A stretch of 64,000 nt of DNA, taken from the NCBI RefSeq assembly GCF_030684315.1, contig NC_081365.1, positions 24,616,062-24,680,061 of the forward strand, in the 5' to 3' direction. This document shows, piece by piece, positions 1 through 12,141 of this stretch. The DNA is from Stegostoma tigrinum (lineage: Eukaryota). The notes beneath the pieces are model-generated. The model searched no databases. It was not told where the DNA came from and saw only the letters and a list, made by a program, of their open reading frames with translations. How positions within the stretch are numbered: position 1 is the first letter of the stretch; the number at the start of each line of letters is the position of its first letter. The translations under genes were made by a program, and so were the position numbers.

Positions 1-1351
1 TTCTGGAGAAAGCAGCCAAAGCCAGTTGACATTCTGATGATGCAGCACAACATCAGGACCGAAATTCTTGACAACAGTAATTTAGTGAGAAGGTAACTGA
101 CCTGATATATATTTCCAGCAATTTATAAAATGTGATGAAATACCACATTTTATTAATCTTTGCTAAAATTGCTGAAGAGGAACTCCAGCTAGCATCTCCC
201 TAAAAAATTAAGAAACTCATATTCTTTAGACTCATGGAGATAAAGCAATCTATCCTGGGGATAATTTGATAAAACTGGGTAGAACTACGTGGTGAAGAAC
301 TATGATTGCCTACCCTCCTTGTTTTATTTCCCTCGCTGCTCTTTATGTGCGTATTGAGAAGATTGTCAGCTAATGCATCTTCTATTTTATAGGTAATACA
401 TTTTTATCTGGTTTGCACTCATAAAATGGATTAATTAACACTTTGTGCCTTCAATTAATGGTGAATTCTGTACAAGCCCTAATGCAATCAGAATTTGACG
501 ACCTCACAATCATAGACCATCTCTACCGTAGGCTTACAGGAGGATCTAAAGTGTTAAATCTGAAAATGCCGGGAAATGCAGGAAGTCTGTCAGTGTTTGG
601 ATGAGAAAGACAGTAATGCTGAAGCCTCCAATGGACCTGAAATGTGTCCAAAAGTCTTTGACTATCGCAGCATACTCTGTGTTTGCTTGGGGCCATTCAG
701 CAGCAGAGTTTAATGCAGGACTGGTTACTTGCCAGTCTTCATCCTGTTAGCATTTCAGAGTAAGGCAGAACTGGAAGGATAATGTCACAACCTGCAAGAA
801 TTTATGCCAGTCCAGCCTCCAGGTACCATAAATATATGTCTATAGAAAACAAATGAGAGAGGTAAAGCTAGTGATCTCAGAAACACTATTGCTAATGTGA
901 CATTGCGCTGTGGCTTCATTGCCTTTTGCTCACTCACTACAGTAATTAATTTCCTTTGATTCAAGAATAATATGAAACAGATATAAGATTAGCTTTGAGA
1001 AATTTAGGACAGAATAACATTTTGTGAAACATTTGTATGAATTTCACTCAAACCGTTCATAGAAAATGACATATCCCAGCCAAATGAGAGATTACAGCAT
1101 CTATTAAATACCTCCTAAAATTTAATTTGCTTCTCTCTACATCACGACCTTATAAAACTAAGCAAACATTGTTCTGCCGTTTTGTCTAAATGATTTCATT
1201 TTAATGTTTGAGGTGAAAGTAATGCAACATTTGTTTCTTTTCATGTAATTATCTTTGTGCTTTTGTCTCCTGATTTCTACTGCCTTCAATTTTGCTGTTA
1301 ATCAGCCTGCACCATTTTTTGAGTGCAGGAGCCACCGTTTGTTACACACAC

Positions 1352-1760
1352 AGATATGGAATTTAGAAGATTCAGAGGTGACTTTATTGAAATAAATAAG
1401 ATCCTGACATGACTTGACTGGGTGAAAGTTGAAAGGGTGCTTTCTCTTGTGGGCAAATCTAGAACTAGGGATCATAGTTTAAAAATAACATCTAGCCCAT
1501 TTAAGACAGAGAAGAAGAAACATTTTCCTTTTCTCAGAGGGCTGTAAGTCTTTGGAATTTCCTTCCTCACAAGGCAGTGGATGCAGAATATTTAAATATC
1601 TTTAAGGCAGATGTAGATAGATTAATGATTAGCAAGGGTTTGAAAGATCATCAGGGATATGCAGTAATGTAGAGTTGAAGTTACAATCAGATCAGCCATG
1701 ATCCTATTGAGCCTGCTCCACCACTCAAAAGGTTGAGTGGCCTACTTTTGTTCCTTGTTT
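1352..1760 (+). mobile_element. Old CR1-type LINE 3' fragment
   Basis: Decayed equivalents of RRLRGDLIE.YKI and FSQRVV..WN, plus a CR1-like 3' UTR. Confidence 0.65.
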
Positions 1761-4523
1761 GTTTGTTTTAATATTCTGGTTGAGGCTGCCAGCACTTTGT
1801 GCACTTTGCAGAATTGCAAATAAGGAAGAGCACAACAAGCAGTCTGGGCCCCAAGGAACTGGAAGCAATACTCCAAGATGTTTAATGACCTTGCAATAGA
1901 TGGTCAAAGCCAGTAAAAATATCTTCACATAAATTGCCATACATAGGACACCATTAGGTTTATGTGAGACTCAATGCACACTACACACTATCAGATGGGA
2001 CCTTTATCTCAAATTCATATACTCCACCTTTTGTACATCTTCCAAAGAAGTCAGCCTCATACTTATCTTTCTCTGTTGTTCCAAAAATATCTAACTCTTA
2101 GCTACGGTAGGCAAAGCATACAATCACAAACAATAACACTATTCTGACTCTCTTTCAGAAGACTCCCATTCGAGGGGATGGGTGTCCATGAAATTGTCTC
2201 CAAGGAGGGAGAAGGAGATGAAGTGGGTTAGTAATTGGCTGGATAGTAGTATTCTCGATGGTGTGAGCTCCCTTCATGAACAGGGAGTAAAATAGAAATT
2301 GCAAAAGCTACCATTCTAGCTATGCAATCAGGCTACAGAGAAAGGTTTGAGAATAGAATATATGTTCACTGGAGGGTAAAATCAAATGTGATAGCAGAGA
2401 CTCAGATGAGGGCTTCCATGGTGTACCTCGCTACGAGTGAGTTAGAGAATGTGGATGTTTTGGGGTGAGTGATAAGATTTGGGGTAAATTAAGTAGTCTG
2501 AGAGATGGTTGGTAACAAGTCCTTAGAAGATTCATTAATTGACCTTTGTGGTATTTGTGTGTAAAAATTTGTTGCCACCTTCACTTGATTGCGTATATTT
2601 AATTTATAATCAAGCCTATTGAGTCTTAACAAGACGAGACTCATCTCTTAGGCTATTGCATGACAGCAATTAGGTACAAGCTATAATAGCTATCTAGATG
2701 CCTTTTTACTGAGGCTATGCAAAATAGCTGTGGGCTGTTGAGTTGCAGTTGGCACGTACCCATCTCTGGGTAAGATGTCTTGAATTCAAGTCCCACCTTG
2801 CCCCAAAAATGTGTCATGCACATTTGAACAGATTTATTCAAATGTCTACGAGAATAGGTGCAGATATAGATTTTCACTGCATGAAATCCTAAGATGTTCT
2901 GCCTTATCAAAACCTAAGCCTATACAATATCATTAGATTGGGTGGAGCTTAGTGCAGTCTCCAATGTTAACACTTGCAGAATGATTAGCTCATGCAACAT
3001 CTCCCACCAAGCTTTCTTTCACACAGGTAACATTTATGCATTCCCGTATATAATTAAATTTATCAGCTGGTCATCTCCCACCAAGACACTGACTTCACAA
3101 ATTCAGGCAGTTTCACAATTCTCCCAAAACACTTCTTTCAGACCTGAGTGGTTGGTAGGTTTTTGGCTTAAGTCTTTGGTTCTATTCTTAACCTTTTGTG
3201 GGTTGTAAAATCTCTCTCCACTAGAGGACCTTTTTTTTCACTGAGGATGTTGTTCCTGCTGAACCAGATAGTCAGTCCACAATATTATCTGGAAGACCCT
3301 TGATCTCCTCATGAATTTCCTTTGTGGAACATAGCTGCTTGTTGAAACAAGTGATATATTTTTGCATTATTCTAGATTTCTAATCCGGGAAAATTCTTCT
3401 TGACAGTATCCTGGTTATGCGGACATTAGTTGGACCCAGTTCAGCACATCTTCAATCTTTAAGAAAGTATTTATTTTCAATCTGTTTATAAGATTTCCGT
3501 TGAAGTAAGTAAACACTTCACTTCACCTTGTTTTTTTGGTTGAACAACTTCATTTGCGCTCTGTGATTGTTTTACTGGTGAATTCAACACATTCATATGT
3601 AAGGCATGATATAGAGGGATGTAAAAGAGCTGGGAGTTTAATTACTGATGGAGTTTGCACTAAGAGAGGACATCTTGAAGGACTCATCCAGTGAGGCCAT
3701 ATGGGTAGAACTCGGGAATAAGAAAGGTACAGTCACCATGAAGAGGTTATGCTACAGGCCTTCCAATAGCCATGGAAGATTGAGGAACAGATGTTTAAGT
3801 AGATCATGGAAATACGTGAAAACAACAAGGTTGTCATAGTGGGTGATTTTATCTTCCCCAATATTGACTGGGACTCCCATAGTGCCAGTGTTGTCGATAG
3901 GGCAGAGTTTATTGGGGGCATCCAGGAGGATTTACTGAAATAATATGCAGATAGTCCAAATGGGAATGGGCTGTATTTGACCTTGTATTGGCAAATGAGC
4001 CTGACCAGGTGGGTGAAGTTTCAGTGGGGGACCATTTTGGGACTAGTGATCATAATTCCGTAACTTTTAAAATAGTTATGGATAAGGATAAGTCTCGTCC
4101 TCAGGTGAAAATGCTAAACTGTGGGAAGGCCAATTATAACAGTGTTGATCAGAACTGGAGAAATTAGGCAGGGGACGGTTTTTTGAGTGTAAATCCACAT
4201 CTGACATATGGGAATCTTTTAAAGGCCAGTTGATCAGAGTTCAGGACCAGCATGTTCCTGTGAGAATGGAAAATGAAGATAGCAAGATTTCAGAACCTTG
4301 GGTGACAACAGATATTGAAAGTTTAGTTGATAAGAAAAAGAATGAAAGTAAGAAAGAACTTAAATAAGGGGTTATGAGGCCTAACAGGGGCTATGAAATA
4401 TCTTGCTCTCTCCATGAAATAACTCTGGCAAGCAGGATTACGAAGAATCCTAAGACATTTTATGAGTATATTAGGAGCAAGCAGGGAAAAGGGAGGTCCG
4501 CTTGAGCACAAAGGAGAGAATTT

Positions 4524-5069
4524 GTTGCAGCTCTATAAAACTTTGGTTAGACCGCACTTGGAATACTGCGTCCAGTTCTGGGCGCCCTATTATAGGAAAG
4601 ATGTGGATGCTTTGGAGAGGGTTCAGAGGAGGTTTACCAGGATGCTGCCTGGACTGGAGGGCTTATCTTATGAAGAGAGGTTGACTGAGCTCGGTCTCTT
4701 TTCATTGGAGAAAAGGAGGAGGAGAGGGGACCTAATTGAGGTATACAAGATAATGAGAGGCATAGATAGAGTTGATAGCCAGAGACTATTTCCCAGGGCA
4801 GAAATGGCTAGCACGAGGGGTCATAGTTTTAAGCTGGTTGGTGGAAAGTATCGAGGGGATGTCAGAGGCAGGTTCTTTACGCAGAGAGTTGTGAGAGCAT
4901 GGAATGCGTTGCCAGCAGCAGTTGTGGAAGCAAGGTCATTGGGGTCATTTAAGAGACTGCTGGACATGTATATGGTCACAGAAATTTGAGGGTGCATACA
5001 TGAGGATCAATGGTCGGCACAACATTGTGGGCTAAAGGGCCTGTTCTGTGCTGTACTGTTCTATGTTCT
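4524..5069 (+). mobile_element. Young 5'-truncated CR1 (HER1-like) LINE
   Basis: Open frame LQLYKTLVRPHLEYCVQFW...WNALP. Tail ctgttctatgttct. Candidate TSD AATTT at 4519-4523 and 5070-5074. Confidence 0.92.
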
Positions 5070-5741
5070 AATTTATGCATGGTGCTAGCAGAAATGGATA
5101 AGGTTCCTAATGAGTGCTTTGTATCAGCATTCACCAATGAGAAGGACACAGATGATGGTAAGATCAGGGAGGGGTATATTGGTGATCTAGGGCATTTTGT
5201 TTTGCAGAAGGAAGAACCGTTGGGTGTCTTGAAAAAGATTAAGTTAGATAAGTCCTCAGGGCCTGTTGGGATCTGTTGCAGGATACTGAGGACAGCAAAG
5301 GATGTGATTGTTAACAGGGATCTTTGTATCCTTTTCAGCCATAAGTAAGGTCCCAGAAGACTGGAAAACAACCAAGTTGTTCCTTTGTTCAAAAAGGGCA
5401 AAGGGGACAATCCAAGAAAGTATAGGCCGATGGTCCTAATAGCAGTGGTAGGGATATTAGTGGAAAAGATTCTTGGGAACAGGATTTTGTCATATTTTGA
5501 AAAGTATGGGCTTATCAGGAATAATCAGCATGGCTTTGTACAGGGGAGGTCTTGTCTCACAAATTTGATTTAGATTTTTGAAGACGTGATCAAGATGATT
5601 GATGAGGATAGGGCAGAGATGTTGTCTAAATGGTTTTCTACCAAAGCATTTGACAAGGTCCCTCATAGTCGGCTGGTCCATATGATTAGTTAACGTGGGA
5701 TCCACCATGAGTTGGTAAGTTGGATACAAAATTGGCTTGGT

Positions 5742-6943
5742 CATAGAATACATAGAACAAAGAACAGTACAGCACAGAACAGGCCCTTCAGCCCACAATG
5801 TTGTGCCGACCATTGATCCTCATGTCTGCACCCTCAAATTTCTGTGACCATATGCATGTCCAGCAGTCTCTTAAATGACCCCAATGACCTTGCTTCCACA
5901 ACTGCTGCTGGCAACGCATTCCATGCTCTCACAACTCTCTGTGTAAAGAACCCGCCTCTGACATCCCCTCTATACTTTCCACCAACCAGCTTAAAACTAT
6001 GACCCCTCGTGCTAGCCATTTCTGCCCTGGGAAATAGTCTCTGGCTATCAACTCTATCTATGCCTCTCATTATATTGTACACCTCAATTAGGTCCCCTCT
6101 CCTCCTCCTTTTCTCCAATGAAAAGAGACCAAGCTCAGTCAACCTCTCTTCGTAAGATAAGCCCTCCAGTCCAGGCAGCATCCTGGTAAACCTCCTCTGA
6201 ACCCTCTCCAAAGCATCCACATCTTTCCTATAATACGGCGACCAGAACTGGACGCAGTATTCCAAGTGCGGTCTAACCAAAGCTTTATAGAGCTGCAACA
6301 AGATCTCACGACTCTTAAACTCAATCCCCCTGTTAATGAAAGCCAAAACACCATATGCTTTCTTAACAACCCTGTCCACTTGGGTGGCCATTTTAAGGGA
6401 TCTATGTATCTGCACACCAAGATCCCTCTGTTCCTCCACACTGCCAAGAATCCTATCCTTAATCCTGTACTCAGCTTTCAAATTCGACCTTCCAAAATGC
6501 ATCACCTCGCATTTATCCAGGTTGAACTCCATCTGCCACCTCTCAGCCCATCTCTGCATCCTGTCAATGTCCCGCTGCAGCCTACAACAGCCCTCTATAC
6601 TGTCAACGACACCTCCGACCTTTGTGTCATCTGCAAACTTGCTGACCCATCCTTCAATCCCCTCATCCAAGTCATTAATAAAAATTACAAACAGTAGAGG
6701 CCCAAGGACAGAGCCCTGTGGAACCCCACTCACCACTGACTTCCAGGCAGAATATTTTCCTTCTACTACCACTCGCTGTCTTCTGTTGGCCAGCCAATTC
6801 TGTATCCAAGCAGCTAAGTTCCCCTGTATCCCATTCCTCCTGGCCTTCTGAATGAGCCTACCATGGGGAACCTTATCAAATGCCTTACTGAAGTCCATAT
6901 ACACCACATCCACAGCTCGACCCTCATCAACTTTTCTAGTCAC
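5742..6943 (-). mobile_element. Young 5'-truncated CR1 LINE with intact RT C-terminal portion (369 aa open frame)
   Basis: DFSKAFDKV, SGVPQGSVLGP and FADDTK RT motifs. Near-identical to 4524-5069 over the shared 3' part. Confidence 0.95.
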
Positions 6944-7979
6944 AGCTTAGTTAGAAATTTGAGTGGAGAAATTACAAAGGGAATTTATTCTGGACAAGGG
7001 TTTGGTAATGCATTTTGGGAGGTCAAATGCAAGAGGAAAGTACACTGTAAATGGCCAGACCTTTAGAAGCATTGATATACAGAGGGATCAGGGACTCCAA
7101 ATCCATAGCTCCCTTGAAAGTAGCTACACAAGTGGATAAGGTGGTAAAGAAGAAATTTTGCATGATTGCTTTCATTGGTCAGGACATTTTGTATAAAAGT
7201 TGGCAAGTATGTTGCAGCTGTATAAAACTTCAGTTGGGCTACATTTGGAGTACTGTATGCAGTTCCGGTCTCCACACTGTAGGAGTGGGTATTGAATAGG
7301 TTTACCAGGATGTTGTCTGGATTGGAATGCATTAGCAATAAGGGGAGGTTTGACAAACTTGGATTGTTTTTGCGAGAGCAGCAGTGGCTGAGGGGCGATC
7401 TGACAGAAGTATATAAAATTATGAGAGGCATGGATAGTCAGAGTCTGAGTCAGAGTTCCCAGTGGAAATATCAAATACTATGGGGTGTAGATTTAACGTG
7501 AGAAGGGGAAAGCTTAAAGGAGATGTGCAAGGCAGGTTTCTTACACAGAAGGTGGTAGGTGTCTAGGATGTGTTATCAGGGGAAGTAGAAGGATCTGGGC
7601 ACGATAGCAATCTTGAAGTGGCATTTATACAGACACATGAACAGGTAGGCCACAGAGGAATATGGACTATGTGCAGGCAGATGAAATTAATTTCGAATCA
7701 TGTCACAGACATGGTGGGCCAATTCCTGTGATGTACTTTTCTATGTACTATGTTTGCTCACGTTACTTGAGGATTGCCGATGATTTGGCTCTGTCACTAT
7801 TAATGTGCTTGGGAAATGAAAAGTTGAAATGCTTTTTTTTAATGCTGGTGTCATCATATCATCTGATTTCACCTTTGAGTCTATGATAGCCAATTGTTCT
7901 GCAGATGGCTTTGCTGTATGGAAGACTTCACTTAAAGAGTTCTCACACATTCTTGTTTGCAGCTTCTTCTTGCAAACCT

Positions 7980-9430
7980 TGCTAACTTTCGCCTTCTGTG
8001 TTCAGTGCTGATAGGACTGTTTTTAGACCTGACAATCTGGGACAATTGCTGATTTCACAATGACTTACAGGATCTTCAAGCTCTTTAATGATCTTTGGCC
8101 CCCACATTGCTGATAGAGCCTCAGGTGTACACTCAACAGGAAGTAGTTTATTTGCCAATATATTATTTTTCAAACAAGTTTCCACAATGAAGCTGGAATA
8201 ATTAGTCTCCTACACACTAATAAGTTATCAATACTTTGTATGCATTCATTGCTCAAAAATGTGCTCTTGGCAAATTCATCGGACTTATGGCCTGGCCAAC
8301 TTACAACACAATACTAGAGAAAGGTAGCACTATTCTTGATCACACTTTTATTCTTGTCAAACTTAACTTGAGTCTCTTTTGGCTTACTCTCCATTGGTTC
8401 TTCATGACCTTATGAAACTCTTTGTGTTTGCTATCATGAGTAATCTCAATAGATTCTTCTGTTTTGCACTCTATTATGAGTTTAGGAAACTGATTGAAAT
8501 CTTCCATGGTGGTCACTTAGATATTTTAATATAATTTTGTTTCTCTTGACAGGTTTATTTTCCCTTGGAATGAACTGAACTCCTTTAGTCACTTCAAGGA
8601 TGTTGAGATCATAACATGCATGTGGACTTGAGGTGAGAAGAGTTGATTGCAAATCTCATATACATTCTGTACTCTTTTAAACTCTTTATTTGCAGCATTG
8701 TTTGTAGTATGCCTTTAATCTTGAGCGTTACGCCACTTAGAGAGTGTATTTTAATTTCTGTGGACTGTAATTTCTGCTGTGGTATTCAATGTAATATGTC
8801 AGTGACACTTGTACCTGTATCAAACTTGAAATTAATTTTAAGATTGCTTGCGCCCAAGAGGTTTTTTCTTTCATTCCAGTGCATTGATACTGTCTGTTCA
8901 TTTTTGCTGTTTAACTTTTTGCATTACCTTGTCTTGGTAAGTTCTATTGCTCTCCTGTGATAAAGTTATCCTTTCTGCTTTTGGCTGTGATTCTTCCAAA
9001 TTAATGCTTCTGGCACACTCCGAATAGTTTTCTCCAAAGTCAAGTCTTCTTCAGATAGTAACAAAACTGCCAAATATTCATCAAAATCAGTTCCATTCCT
9101 TTTAAATTCTAATTTCAAAGGTCCATAGTCACAGTCTTTCACCAATCTGTTCCTGAATTAGATTATCTAAATTCCCCTGTAGCTGACATCTTCTGTTAAC
9201 TCCTGCTCTTGCAATATTTTATTTGTTGTATTTAAAGTAGTCAAAAGTTTTTAGAACAATTTCAAAAATATCTGTGCCTTGTTTTATGATCCGGGAATTT
9301 GCAGCATCATCAGTTCTAGGTCCTATTAAATTCAATAATCTATTTACCTGTTCAGCTTGTGGTTTAATATTTAAATTTGAAACAATTCTGTACCTCATGA
9401 ACCATACTGGTCCACCTTTGATATATATTC
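7980..9430 (-). mobile_element. Decayed Gypsy/Ty3-like LTR retrotransposon gag-region relic
   Basis: Frame 9219-9455 reads WFMRYRIVSNL...EQVNRLLNLIG...FEIVLKTFDYF, resembling the gag N-terminus of vertebrate Gypsy elements. Left boundary uncertain. Confidence 0.45.
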
Positions 9431-9446
9431 TTGCATTTAGTATTAT

Positions 9447-9778
9447 GGGTGGCACAGTGTCTCAGTGGTTAGCGCTGCTGCCTCACAACGCCAGGGACCT
9501 GGGTTCGATTCCACCTTCGGTCAACTATCTTTATGGAGTTTGCACATTCTCCCTGTGCCTGCATGGGCTTCTTCCAGGTGTTTCGGTTTCCTCCCACAGT
9601 CCAAAGATGTGCAGGCTGGATGGATTGGCCATGCTGAATTGTCCATAGTGCTCAGGGATCTGTAGATTAGATTGTTAGCTGTGGGAAATGTAGGGTTACA
9701 GGGAAAGGGTACAGGGATTTCTGGGTAGGATATTCCTCAGAAGGTCAGTGTGGCCTTGTTGGGCTGAGGGAATCTATG
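9447..9778 (+). mobile_element. HE1-like tRNA-derived SINE
   Basis: A-box-like tctcagtggttagc, B-box gggttcgattcc, central tttgcacattctccc...cagtccaaagatgtgcagg. Confidence 0.85.
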
Positions 9779-10225
9779 AAGCTTTGTCCTGTTATGTCTT
9801 CCCGGTGCAATTATTTACTTCTCGGTGCAATTATTTACTTGCCTTACTTTCAATTTTTGAATTCTGCAGCATCTTCACACTGCTATAATGCCTTTCTCTT
9901 GAAGACTTTTAATTCTGGAAATAGAATTGCATTTTTACTTTCCTTATGCTAAAACTTCTAAACTTTGCAGTATAGCATAGCATAATATTTACCCTCTTTT
10001 AAATTATTTAATTCTGTTAAGCAGCTGTATTGTATATCTGTACAATTTATTGGATGTTTTACCCATGTTCTCACTGTAAAAATGGAGGTTTCCCGCATTC
10101 TAAGGCCAAAACAGAACTTCCCTGCTTTCTTTTGCATAATATGGACAATTTGTCACCTTCCATGGCCAAATAAATAACGTTCACTCTTTTCTGACTTTCC
10201 AAGTCCGTAGTCACACAACACCAGG

Positions 10226-11166
10226 CAACTGCTTTCCGGAGAGACCACTCTCTCCGTGACTCCCTTGTTCGCTCCACACTGCCCTCCAACCCCACCACAC
10301 CCGGCACCTTCCCCTGCAACCGCAGGAAATGCTACACTTGTCCCCACACCTCCTCCCTCACCCCCATCCCAGGCCCCAAGATGACATTCCACATTAAGCA
10401 GAGGTTCACCTGCACATCTGCCAATGTGGTATACTGCATCCACTGTACCCGGTGCGGCTTTCTCTACATTGGGGAAACCAAGCGGAGGCTTGGGGACCGC
10501 TTTGCAGAACACCTCCGCTCAGTTCGCAACAAACAACTGCACCTCCCAGTCGCAAACCATTTCCACTCCCCCTCCCATTCTCTTGATGACATGTCCATCA
10601 TGGGCCTCCTGCACTGCCACAATGATGCCACCCGAAGGTTGCAGGAACAGCAACTCATATTCCGCCTGGGAACCCTGCAGCCATATGGTATCAATGTGGA
10701 CTTCACCAGTTTCAAAATCTCCCCTTCCCCCACTGCATCCCTAAACCAGCCCAGTTCATCCCCTCCCCCCACTGCACCACACAACCAGCCCAGCTCTTCC
10801 CCCCCACCCACTGCATCCCAAAACCAGTCCAACCTGTCTCTGCCTCCCTAACCGGTTCTTCCTCTCACCCATCCCTTCCTCCCACCCCCAGCCGCACCCC
10901 CAGCTACCTACTAACCTCATCCCACCTCCTTGACCTGTCCGTCTTCCCTGGACTGACCTATCCCCTCCCTACCTCCCCACCTACACCCTCTCCACCTATC
11001 TTCTTTGCTCTCCATCTTCGGTCCGCCTCCCCCTCTCTCCCTATTTATTCCAGTTCCCTCCCCCCATCCCCCTCTCTGATGAAGGGTCTAGGCCCGAAAC
11101 GTCAGCTTTTGTGCTCCTGAGATGCTGCTTGGCCTGCTGTGTTCATCCAGCCTCACATTTTATCAT
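10226..11166 (+). mobile_element. Penelope-like element family A, 5'-truncated single-orientation copy (GIY-YIG domain plus 3' end)
   Basis: NVVYCIHCTRCGFLYIGETKRRLGDRFAEH...EQQLIFRLGTLQPYGIN. Hammerhead motif at 11076-11103. Flanked by CCAGG at 10221-10225 and 11167-11171. Confidence 0.92.
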
Positions 11167-11171
11167 CCAGG

Positions 11172-11400
11172 TTATAGTCCAACAGGTTTATTTGGAAATC
11201 ACACAAGCTTTCAAAGCGTAGCCCCTTTGGCAGGTGCAGTGAGGGAGCAGGGCACACAGACCCAGAATTTATAAACGGAGTGATCAAGGGCAGAGAGATC
11301 AAAAGATCATACAACTGGTATGAGTGAGAGTCAGATGATAAGTCTCTGCAGGTGACCAAGAGTGTTAGACAGTGAGTAAAGTGTTTATAAAGTCAATGTC
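11172..11400 (-). mobile_element. Older PLE family B terminal fragment (host of the 10226 insertion; begins at ~10210)
   Basis: tcacacaacaccagg|ttatagtccaacagg becomes continuous when the insert is removed. Decayed hammerhead-like ...GAAAGCTT on the minus strand at ~11205-11235. Confidence 0.55.
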
Positions 11401-11703
11401 AGTGCTGTGCTGTCATGACAATCAGACAGAGCCATAGGAATATACAAAAGGTGACATCTCAGGTCGGACACTGAATTGTAGGTCTGAGGCTTTGTTCAGA
11501 ATCTGTCTCAGAGTTTTAACCTGGAGTCAAGCTGGTTTTATTCCGAAAGCTGGAATTTATAAGATGCCACATTGACTGACTATGACCACTAATTGTGTGT
11601 TTTTTGAACAAAATAGACTGTATCTGCAAATAAACAAATATCTTGGATAAAATGATTCACCTCTTAGATTTGTCTGTGAGTATATATGTGGGATAGAGGC
11701 AGA

Positions 11704-11735
11704 GTGTGTGTGTGCGCACGTGTGTGTGCGCACGC

Positions 11736-11776
<41 letters not shown>
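11704..11776. repeat. Compound (TG)n/(GA)n microsatellite with internal GCGCAC units
   Basis: Directly visible. Confidence 0.95.
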
Positions 11777-11918
11777 TGTCAGTATCAGTGTCACATTCTG
11801 ACTTTCCAAGTAAGGCTTTGTGCCCTGTTAGATAATAAACTCCTCTTTCCAAGCTGTGATTTAAATAATGAATCTCATGCTCTTATCACAGCCTAAAAGT
11901 GTTTAACTATCTTAGACA

Positions 11919-12141
11919 ATAAAATGTGGGGCTGGATGAACACAGCAGGCCAAGCAGCATCTCAGGAGCACAAAAGCTGACGTTTCGGGCCTAGACCCTT
12001 CATCAGAGAGCTCTCTGATGAAGGGTCTAGGCCCGAAACGTCAGCTTTTGTGCTCCTGAGATGCTGCTTGGCCTGCTGTGTTCATCCAGCCCCACATTTT
12101 ATTATCTTGGAATCTCCAGCATCTGCAGTTCCCATTATCTC
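11919..12141. mobile_element. PLE family A mini-palindrome (two inverted 3' termini only)
   Basis: Perfect 186-bp palindrome at 11918-12103, centred at 12010/12011. 15-bp TSD TAACTATCTTAGACA at 11904-11918 and 12142-12156. Confidence 0.93.
12015..12042 (+). ncRNA. Minimal hammerhead ribozyme motif, PLE family A (same motif at 11076-11103 +, 11979-12006 -, 32011-32038 -, 34984-35011 +; variants at 17482, 18607, 42307, 43196)
   Basis: CUGAUGA-A-GGGU(CUAG)GCCC-GAAAC-GUC: core boxes, stem II and an NUH triplet. Stem III is vestigial (palindromic ACGU) and stem I is weak. Activity is not shown. Confidence 0.7.

Larger units (their letters stand above)
3595..7750 (+). mobile_element. Old decayed CR1 LINE ORF2 (endonuclease to 3' tail), interrupted by two young CR1 copies
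   Basis: Remnants EAIWVEL.NKKG, VIVGDF..PNIDW, LFKKG..DNP..YRP, QHGFVQGRSCLTNLI and RGDLTEVYKIMRG, with many stops and frameshifts. Confidence 0.85.

Noticed and set aside
6266-6851. 143-aa and 171-aa ORFs antisense to the CR1 RT
   Set aside because: Shadow frames of a young LINE with no independent coding evidence.
9447-9520. tRNA gene
   Set aside because: The Pol III boxes are the head of a SINE and continue into the SINE body. No convincing cloverleaf.
9803-9840. Short tandem duplications (also at ~22998-23025 and ~61427-61450)
   Set aside because: Ordinary slippage-type duplications with no sign of function.
10730-10850. Regularly spaced 39-nt repeats as a CRISPR-like array
   Set aside because: Tandem units with no unique spacers, inside a PLE ORF, in eukaryotic DNA.
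11919-12141. DNA-transposon MITE or miRNA gene
   Set aside because: The arms are identical to the PLE 3' terminus, so it is retro-derived. There is no evidence for miRNA processing.
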